Part shown: piece after piece, positions 55,299-64,000 of the stretch
Layout of the letters: each line of letters begins with the position of its first letter
Position numbering within the stretch: the first letter of the stretch is position 1
Assembly (NCBI GenBank): GCA_051362555.1
Contig: CM120642.1
Coordinates: forward strand, 22,320,001-22,384,000
Reading direction: 5' to 3'
DNA length: 64,000 nt
DNA from: Lingula anatina
Taxonomy: Eukaryota; Animalia; Brachiopoda
Notes under the pieces: model-generated
The model's database searches: none
What the model saw: only the letters and a program-made list of their open reading frames with translations
What the model was told of the DNA's origin: nothing
Position numbers and translations under genes: made by a program

Positions 55299-55586
55299 GA
55301 GAGGGTGCAATTGAGGGGGGGGGGGGTGATCACAATTCACGGGAAATAAAATCATCAATTCATTAATTACAGTAAATAAAACTATTCATACATCCCTGAA
55401 AATGCGCGTCAAAAATCACGAATCACAGGGTATAACGACTTTCTTTCACGAATAACGGAGAATAAAAAGCCGCATATACGAGTCACAGGAATGGGGTGCT
55501 TCATGCTAAATAGAATAAACGTTTCACGAATCTTGGGAAGTAAATAGTGGCTTTCAATGGTAAGGAAAATACCCAAGGGGAGCCTC
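55299..55586. mobile_element. Possible degenerate MITE with internal TCACGAATCACG-like repeats
   Basis: Repeated (t)tcacgaat(c/a)ac motifs; weak terminal match gagggtgcaattg / caaggggagcctc. Confidence 0.3.
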
Positions 55587-56242
55587 GTACGGGGCTGTGA
55601 AAACTAGCGTACGAACAATACTGCCAATTGTTTCAATTACCTTTGCGAACGAAACTTCAGCAACAACTACCTACTCTTACAAGATTACTTTTGCAAAGTT
55701 GAAGATATTACCCCCCCCCCCCCCCCCATGCACCAAATTAAACTACCAGTCCAGACGCCTGAAAAACGCCTTTTCTCAGTCTGTACCAGTATTTCAGAGT
55801 AAGGATGGATTTTGTGACAGAGAACTTTCTATATTTATATGATCAAATAACATGCTTTTATTGAGCTTAGTATATATTTAGGGCGCAAATGTCTCCGCAT
55901 GTTTATTTTTCACACAGCACAAGTCTGAAGAATGAAGTAACATTAGAGAGCAGCTAGCAATAAAATCAATGTTTGTACGGTAATCCGTATCAAAATTCAA
56001 GGTCGCGGGGGTAAATATAATGCTTTTTATAATAATTATCAAAGATAGAGCTGCATGGAAAATGTACTTTGCTTTCTACTAACTAAAGGTAACAAAAGTG
56101 TTGTGATAGACAGGTACCAATCAAACTCATGCGGTTTAATTTAATTTTGATGAAGCTGTCAAAGCACACGACTTAGATTGGCAGTTTTATAAACAAACGT
56201 CAATCACAATCAGTACGCAGTTGATAACTACAGTTGTTGAAC

Positions 56243-57362
56243 ATTCATTTATTTATTACCTTGGTCTCTTGAGGACCATCAGTCTAGTACTGGTACAAAT
56301 GTTACAACGACTATAGTTACAACAACTATAGGGTTATTACAAAGAATAATTATAATAGAAATAATCGCAATCATAATCATCATAACAATAATAATAGTAC
56401 CTTTAGTAAATTAAATACATGAGTACTTAAATAAATAAACTACTTAAATAAATCAAATTAAATCAAATTGAATCAAATGAGATCAAATTGGATCAAATTA
56501 GATCAAATTAGATTAGATCTCATGCCGATGCCTTCCTGCTTGGCTAAGATATCGTGCCAGGTTACATAATACTATCTTACTGGAAGAATTCAGCAGGAGA
56601 ACCAATTTGAACACCGAGTGTCTATTGCAATAGAAAGGTTTGATGAACCTTTTTCTTAAATCTAAATATCTAGAGCAACCCAGTATAAAGTGGAATTCGT
56701 CCTCCACATCATTGCAATAGGAACATTTTCTTTGTGAAATAGAGATTTTACTATATCTGCCCGTTTCAATTGCAAGTTTATGGGATGATAATCTTATTTT
56801 ACTAATCATTTTCTTAAACTGGAGCGGGATTGATTTTGTAAGATAAGTTTGAATAGTAACACGGTCGATGAGTTGTCTATAGAGCCAGCACTTTCTCGAA
56901 TCGTTAATCTCTGACAATATGGCTTGTTGTTTAATATCCATTAATTTTTGATATACTAGAGGTACAATAAATTTTTCATCATAATTACTTGGATAGTGAA
57001 AAAAATCATTAACACCAGTTTTTGTAAAAACATCATGAATCTTAGAGAGCCAATTGCCACAGGATGGTTTAGTCCGGAATTCATACTCAAAATATTTAAG
57101 GCATTCTTTTAGAATGCAATTATTTGTGTTTCTCAGTTTAAGCCAGTATTTAACCATTCTCAATTTCCTATTGGTTACCAAAGGGAATCTTCCTAACTCT
57201 GCATAAATTATTGAGTCAGGGGTTGAACGTTTAACCCCCAAAATAAATTTCCCAAAGTCCAAATGCACCTTTTCAATATCAGGGGCAGGATGATGACCCC
57301 ATATTTCACATCCATAATTAGCGATACTAGATATATAAGTGTCAAACAAAGATAAAAACATG
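56243..57362 (-). mobile_element. 5'-truncated non-LTR retrotransposon (RTE-X-like), C-terminal ORF2 and 3' UTR
   Basis: ORF 56513-57406 contains YGCEIWG, ILGVKRST...YAELGRFPL, KYWLKL, RLSSHKLAIETGRY, C..C..VEDEFHFIL.C..Y..LR. The 3' UTR has 10-bp tandem repeats (56451-56515), a terminal hairpin ggtc-ctcaaga-gacc and AATAAA. Confidence 0.88.
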
Positions 57363-57770
57363 TAAAGTTCCAGCTCCCCTTCACCTTTTGACTGACAACA
57401 TGCCAATCAAATCATTCAGTTTTGACAGATCCCTAAGGTAATAACAGCTTGATTGAAGGGTTATATAAACAAACGTCAATTGTGATAGGGACAAGCAGAC
57501 GCAGAGACAAAAAATTCCCCATCTGAGGTTTTGGTCCTCTTAATCCATCCCTTTAGAATTATGAAAATTCCCATTTCTAAAGCTCAGTTTTTACCCATTT
57601 TTTAAAAAATCTTATTTGTTATTTTTTTTCCATACCGTGTTATTTGCTGTGCGTGGAAAGTTGCGTGCCTTCCTCACATCGCTCGACCGTTCAACAATGT
57701 CTCTCCTACAAAGTTGCCTAGTTTGTTTTAGTCTTATCACTGGTGCATACATTCCAGTTATCGGCATATG

Positions 57771-59226
57771 CAGACTTGACATTTAATATAGAATATTTTT
57801 TCCAAATCATAATTCATTAGTTTTTTTTCTGTTTTGCTGACTGATAAATGAAAATAAGGATTAAAATCGTGTTTTAATAACTTTTATTTATCTCTTCGAT
57901 GTCATTGTGACATCAGTTCATTAACTGAATTTGCCAGTGAAGGAAACAAAAATGCATTGCCTGTTTTAAGTCATACGACAACCATTGAAAGCGATATTTT
58001 GGATCTCCATATTTTCCAAATTATCGTCTGTAAAAGAGTTATACACCCCACAAAGGACCCTCATGTCAGTGTCTTGTCACAGCAACGGTCGCTGTTACAC
58101 CTGACCTCATCTGGCTGCTATCAGAGCTTTCAAGCGGCAAGGCATTCCTTAGGATAGGTTTTTAGAGTTTAATCTGGAAAAAAATTCCAGGCAACGGTCA
58201 AAACTTGTCCAATTTGGTTCAGTTTTTTTGTAGGACATGCAGGCCGTTGATTCTGAGAGTAATTACCTACCCACGTATTGTCTATGTGGTTCAAATAGGG
58301 CGATTTTGATGACCAATGTATCTGCTCAATCCCTTGGCACTGTAAGTTATCTGCTATTAAAAGTGCTCTGTGTGAGTGGGCAATCTCATCGTGCAACCTA
58401 AAATTGTTCCTAAGGTCCCCCCCCCCTGTCAAATGATAGTCACATGGTTCCCAGATTATTCCTTTATTTCATCTGGTTTAGGTTTTCATCATTGACTACC
58501 ATTGGTGTTTTGGAACTAATGTGGTATCCACTCCAAATACTGACGCTGTCAATGACCCTAGTCACTTTAGAAGCGGCACACGCCTTGTCGTAGGCCTCTT
58601 CAGGATGTCTGTAAACTTTGTTTTGACCTGTTAAGCGGTACAGGTGAAATCTGACTTCAATAAAGAAAGCCACGCGGTTTCAATGTTCTACCCAGAAACG
58701 GTCATGGTCCTCAATTCATTAGAGAAACAGATGACGCTGTTTTGCTGTTTACAGTGGCTTCCTCAGAGGTCGTTTGGTATCCTAACCTGCTAAAACCAGT
58801 CTGGTATTCGCTAACAGCCTTGAAAAACGCGTTTTGGTCACAATTTGCCCCTCATTCTGAACGGACTGGATGGGTTTTGTTTAGTTGCAGCAGCATATCC
58901 TGAAGGACAGCGAGTCCTGTGCCCTCGTGGTAGGATGTCGATACATTGGGCTGGTCTCACATATGAATACTTTTTTGACAGACCCATGCTTCGCCAAAGC
59001 CAAGCTTTGACCAGCCCAAAGGGGCACTGCCCAATTAAATCACTGCATATTACACAATGCAGCAGTGCAACAGACTTGGTAGTCAGTTAATTGGTAGCGA
59101 CACACCTGACTTCACACTTCTCCAGCCAGATATCTTATATGAGATCTGAGTTTTATGAAAAAAGAACGCATTTTTACCTAGGCATACCGTAGAAACTGAA
59201 ATATTCCATATTAAATGTCAAGTCTG
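57771..59226 (-). mobile_element. Tc1/mariner-superfamily (Tc1-type) element, full length but decayed, 1456 bp
   Basis: 27-bp TIRs CAGACTTGACATTTAATAT(A/G)GAATATT, with TA on the right and TG on the left. Transposase remnants FFIEVRFHL...VYRHPEE...SVSIWSG...KTPMVV..ENLN and LHDEIAHSHRA...WSSKSPYLNHIDNTW are degenerate FSDESRF, DDNARPH and WP..SPDLNPIE motifs. Confidence 0.92.
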
Positions 59227-59337
59227 TATAAGGAATGACAGTAAATAAAAATATATCTTATAAAGTTTCAAATCTTTTCAAACTTATTAAGTACTGCCAA
59301 AATTAATTATTGAAAATTGTTCTTTATTACTTTCATC

Positions 59338-60462
59338 TACATGACTTTATTCTTTTTTCTGTCACAAGAGACTTTCAAGAATACATCTGTAACGGTCTAG
59401 TTTGCTCCTGTTATTTGAAAGCATTTCCCCTTAGGAAATATGATCTTTCTTCCTCTTTTTCGAAAATCTTTAAAAAAAATTAAAGAAGTTCCACTATGCA
59501 TTCATTCCGGAATTTCTTCAAGTAAGGAGACATTTTTTTATTTTTATGGATGACATCCTGCGCGCGCCCCGATTTTCGTCCGTTCTCCGAAAAAAAAAAA
59601 ATCACCCCCAACGAAGTCGGTTGTCGCAAACGTCGTTATTGAACTTGCCGGAAAATGAGCTTTAAATAATCCCCCTTAGTAAATTTTTGTGTACTATGCG
59701 GGGATGTACCGGTGCGGGGGAGTATCGGTGCGGGGACGTATAGGGATGTAACCTTTTTTTTAAACATTTCTGTGAAGTGTTCATAATGCTTTAATATTCT
59801 GAGAGTACAAATAAAGACACACTGTTTGTTTGATATGTTTTATTGATTGCTATACCAACAAAATGCATGAAATAACCTTAAATAGATTTGGTAATATGCA
59901 GCATATCTATTCATGACTTCTACGAAGTATTCACAATGCTTTAATATTTTGAGAGCATGGATATACTAACATATTGTTAGTTTGATACGTGTTTCTGTGG
60001 TAAATTTGTGTTTCCAGCTGTGTACTGAAAGCATTCCTTTACTTAAGCAGTATTTTTTTGGACTGTTTTTTTTTTCGCCCTCTCGCACCTATTTCGGGGT
60101 CCCCAGATGATGTCATCCACAAAAATAAAAAAGTGTGGCCTAATGTTGTCTTGAAGATGACGCTAGCTCCACCACCCCATAGTTTCCTCCCTATTGTTTT
60201 TCTACACTGAACGGGGGTGGAGGGGGGATGTTTCCACATTCCTTTGTACATGGTATTCAATACTGGCAAAATTAATTCTTGAAAAGTACACCCACATCTG
60301 TACATGACTTCTTACTTTGTTTGTTCCTGTCACAAGGGGGCAGTCTTTCAAGAATACATCTGTAACAGTCTAGTTTGTTCCTGTTATTTGCAAACATTAT
60401 CCCCTGGGAAATAAAATCGTTCTACCTCTTTTTACAAAATCTGTAATTTTTTTCAAAGAAAT
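59338..60462. repeat. Diverged ~150-160-bp direct repeat pair (59338-59490 and 60300-60462)
   Basis: Both copies share tacatgactt...ctgtcacaag...ctttcaagaatacatctgtaac(g/a)gtctagtttg(c/t)tcctgttatttg. Confidence 0.8.
59526..60140. mobile_element. PIF/Harbinger-type MITE
   Basis: Termini GGAGACATTTTTTTATTTTTATGGATGACATC versus reverse complement GGCCACACTTTTTTATTTTTGTGGATGACATC; TAA on both flanks (59523-59525, 60141-60143). Confidence 0.6.
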
Positions 60463-60760
60463 TGTTGAGAACAGAGATTTCTGAAAAGTTCTTTTTTACT
60501 GCTGTCATGTGTACTGAACGGACTAACCCGAAGGAAGTTTTCACTCACTATCGTTCACTTACACAAGTAACCTCACGTAAGTGTGTGCGACAGAAACCAA
60601 GTCAACCACAAGGATATTAGGCAACTTGCCCCGAGTCATTACAAAAAGTGGCTTTTATACACAAGTTTCCTTTATCACTATAATCTTATGCCCCTATTTC
60701 ACACAGACCACGAATCCCACGAATCGCCAGGAATTGACAAATTTCAGGATTCGTGAGGAT

Positions 60761-60960
60761 TCGTGAGATTTTGCCAATTTTCTGGTCTAATTCGACACGC
60801 TTTACGAATCAGTTACGATACAGGTGCGATAGAGTTACGAATATTCGTGGGATTCGGCTGGAATCGTGAGATTTTGCCAATTTTCTGGTCTAATTCGACA
60901 CGCTCTACGAATCAGTTACGATACAGGTGCAATAGTGTTACGAATATTCGTGGGATTCGG
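60761..60960. repeat. 103-bp tandem duplication inside a CpG-rich repeat fragment (starts ~60690, gcccctatttcacac)
   Basis: tcgtgagattttgccaattttctggtctaattcgacacgc... occurs at 60761 and 60864. Confidence 0.85.
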
Positions 60961-61039
60961 AGGGGGGAAAAGCCTCCCTCACCCCCCCCCCCCACCCGGG
61001 ATCTCCCTAAGTAGTTTGAAGTTTAATTTTATTTATTAT

Positions 61040-62225
61040 TTTTGAAAAACGATTCTGATGCCCAGAAACCAGTGTTGTTTTTTGAAAAACGATTCTGATA
61101 AAAGCCAGAATCGTTATTGCTGAGAGAAACAGGGGTGGACTGAGGGACAGGGAACCGGCGATTATCGTGTACCGCGACTATGTAACCTTCACTGCGAAAG
61201 CCGGTGTCTCCTCTCCTCTCCGTGCGCTGAGACCGAGACGGTCGCCAATTATTGCCTACGGCGTACAGGAAGCCTTCACCGAGGAAGCTGTGCTGAATAT
61301 AACGGTGTCTCTCGGTCGTGTGGGTAGGCCTAGACGGCCGCTGATCCGTATCAGCGGCGCACAAGCAGCTTTCACCTTCTCAGTACCGTTTTTAAAAAAC
61401 GACACTAGTTTCTCGTTGCCAGGATCGTTTTTGAAAATAGACACTAATTTCATTAACCGCGACCGTCTCGGTCTCAGCGCACAGCGAGAAGAGAGCGTAT
61501 AACACCTTCCCGACTTCCGCAGTGAAGGTAACCTGGTCACGGTAGACGATAATCGCGCGTTGCCTCTCCCCCGTCCACTCCTGTTTCTCCCCGTAAAAAC
61601 TATTCTGGCTTCTCAGAATCCTTTTTGAAGAACGAAACTAGTTTCTGGTTGCCAGAATCGTTTTTCAAAAAACGACACTGATTTTTGGGCATCTAACCCA
61701 ACCTAACCCTCAACCCCGCCTTCTCCCACCAACCTAAACACCCTGCCCGGCTTCCGCAGTGAAGGCTATTTGTGCGCCGTAGACGCTTATCAGTGGGCGT
61801 CTCGGTCTCAGCACACGGCGAGGAGAGTTCGTAACACATTGCCCGTCTTCCGCGGTGAGGGTTACATGTACCTGGTTGCGGTAGCACGCCGGTTGCCTTT
61901 CCCTCTGTCCACCCCTTACCTGTTTTTCTTTGCAAAACGATTCTGGCTTCTCTCAGAATCGTTTTTGAAAAGAAACACTACTTTTTAGTTGCCAGAATCG
62001 TTTTTCGAAAAACGACACTACTTTCTGGTTGCTAGAATAGTTTTTTGAAAAACAACACTAGTTTCTGTTTGCCAGAATCATTTTTGAAAAATGACACTAG
62101 TTTCTGGTTGCTAGAATCGTATTTTGAAAAACGAAACTGGTTTCTAGTTGCCAGGTTCGTTTTTGAAAAACGACACTAGTTTCTGGATGCCAGGTTCGTT
62201 TTTGAAAAACGAAACTGGAAACTAG
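61040..62225. repeat. Foldback-like CpG-rich repeat with a ~40-bp palindromic minisatellite
   Basis: 61040-61245 is the reverse complement of ~61458-61690 and of a second copy at ~61797-61990 (ctgagaccgagacg / cgtctcggtctcag). Units of 39-40 bp (ccagaatcgtttttgaaaaacgacactagtttctggttg) start at 61992, 62032, 62072, 62111, 62151 and 62190. Confidence 0.8.
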
Positions 62226-62711
62226 AATCTAGACACCAACTTCAGTGCTCTCATTTAAGATTCAATAATAATAATAATAATAATAATAAATAGATATGTG
62301 CTTGGCACTTTAGATCAATCTCATTATATAAGATATTGATTACATGTACATTAAGAAGAGTTCATTGCACTCATGGCAAAGGTGGCCACAAAAAGCTATA
62401 TTCGGCTGAGTGGATGACCTAGAGAGATTCAAATAAAGGATATTAGTGAATTAATAGCCTTGGCTTAAGTAGTTTTCTGCACAGTGCAAATTAAAATAAC
62501 ATACATATGTGTCCCACCGAACCTGAACTATGGACGCGAAGTTTAGGGGTTTCATAAATCGTCAGATATGCATCTTCAATATTGTAAATTGATCTTGGGA
62601 GTAAAACCCTCTTTACTGGACGACAGCCTTTTTGCGTCCTTTGTGCGACCATGAAACTTGCCAGGTTGTTGTTGGACGCTCAAAGAACACATGGGGATCG
62701 CTTAGATATCT

Positions 62712-63673
62712 AATATTATTATTATTATTATTACCAAACTTGCAACCCGAGGGTTGGATAATTACAATCATTGCATCATAGTTGAATAAAACCATTAGTA
62801 AGTAAGAATACAGGAATATTAAAAGACATACGTAAACAAATTTAAAACAAAATATCTAAAATGAAAGGCTAAAAAAAGAAATAAAGGTATATCAGTTAAT
62901 TCTGAAACTTGTATATGGCACTTGTTAAAAAGTCACTCATTGATCGTTTAGTTTTAATTTTAGGTCTTTTGAATGTTTCCTGTTCCCTTAATGAATATTT
63001 GACTATTTGACATTTTATTTTGGTTGTAAAAGATAGTGCAGTCTATGATCCGGTTCATTTGATATACTAATAAACAATTTTTTGCATGCATTGAGCCGTC
63101 CTCACTCAGTAGTTCAAGTTTACTATGTTCACGAGCAGCGTCATATTCAAGATCAGGATAAATTTTATCTTAAGAGCTCTTTCTTGAGACTTTTCTACTA
63201 GGGCAGTCAATTCATTCGTTAACCCAAAGTGCCAGACAGGGGCAGCATATTCCAAAATTGGCCTTATGACCGTCTGGTAATAAGTTACAAAGTCATCAGT
63301 TGTAAGGCCTGCACGCTTAAGGTGCTGTAGGAAATAAATCCTTTTGCTTGCTTTTTTAGTGATTTTGTCTACATGTACCTTCCATGTGAGGTCATTAGCG
63401 ATATACACTCCAAGTAATTTAAATGATTCTACAAATTCAATTTCTGTTTTGTTAATCACAAACTTAGGGATATCTGCATTATTGCGTTTAAATGATATGG
63501 CCATTTGTTTGGTTTTTTCCTGTTTAATCGCATGTTGTTTGTCCTAGACCAGTCCAATGTTGAGTCAGCGATTTCCTGTAATTTGCTATCATCGAATTGT
63601 CTAAGGATCTCAGAAACTGTTGTGTCATCCATATACTTATGGCACAATAATTCACCAGGAGGTAGATGTAAAT
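62712..63673 (-). mobile_element. 5'-truncated CR1/L2-group LINE, RT C-terminal half, frameshifted
   Basis: KYMDDTT (RT catalytic YxDD), FKLLGVYIANDLTW..HV...KKASKRIYFL..LKRAG, VIRPILEYAAPVWH. The 3' end has a caaccctcgggttg hairpin and a (TAA)n tail. Confidence 0.88.
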
Positions 63674-64000
63674 CGTATATATTATATATTATAATAATAA
63701 TTTATTCAGTTTTTCAAGGCCTCCGGCCCATAGTACATAATAGTAATAATAATAATAAAAAATAATAATAATAATAGTTAAGTCCATGAGAAGCATTAAG
63801 GATTATTCATTTTTCTCAGTGATCCAAAATTTATTTTCTTAATATAAAAACATTAAATATATAAGCAGCTAGACTAGAGATTAAATTTGTGTTTTTTGTG
63901 GTCATTAATCTTAAAAAAACTTTCTTTAGTAGGGTTATTCACTTGCATATATTTTTCTCTTAATTCTGTATATGCTACACATGTCATTAAAAAATGGTAT

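Noticed and set aside
61029-61988. Overlapping 72-111 aa ORFs on both strands
   Set aside because: Explained by the GC-rich inverted repeat having few stop codons; no protein features.
61990-62225. CRISPR array from the 40-bp palindromic repeats
   Set aside because: The repeats are contiguous with no spacers; this is a minisatellite.

Overview
This is AT-rich, repeat-dominated eukaryotic DNA, probably from a marine invertebrate (inferred from the repeat types); no intact host gene is recognisable. Positions 1-34118 are a near-identical composite macrosatellite: ~1375/1567-bp units made of diverged ~193-bp monomers plus one non-monomer cassette bounded by splice-like signals (24 cassettes), with higher-order duplications. 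The array is cut at a TTAA by an internally deleted Kolobok-like DNA transposon (34119-38102). This element keeps three exons of its transposase (+ strand) and a convergent KolX/P2X7-ballast-like gene (- strand) whose ATG abuts an older, more diverged version of the same satellite (38100-43702, 4 cassettes). In those older copies the cassette is a 141-nt, phase 1-1 exon-like segment. The rest of the window is mostly TE debris: a Helentron-like element, MITEs, a tRNA-like SINE head, a 5'-truncated RTE-X-like LINE, a complete but decayed Tc1 element, a foldback repeat and a CR1/L2-group LINE fragment. All family assignments come from motif recognition by eye, not from database searches.
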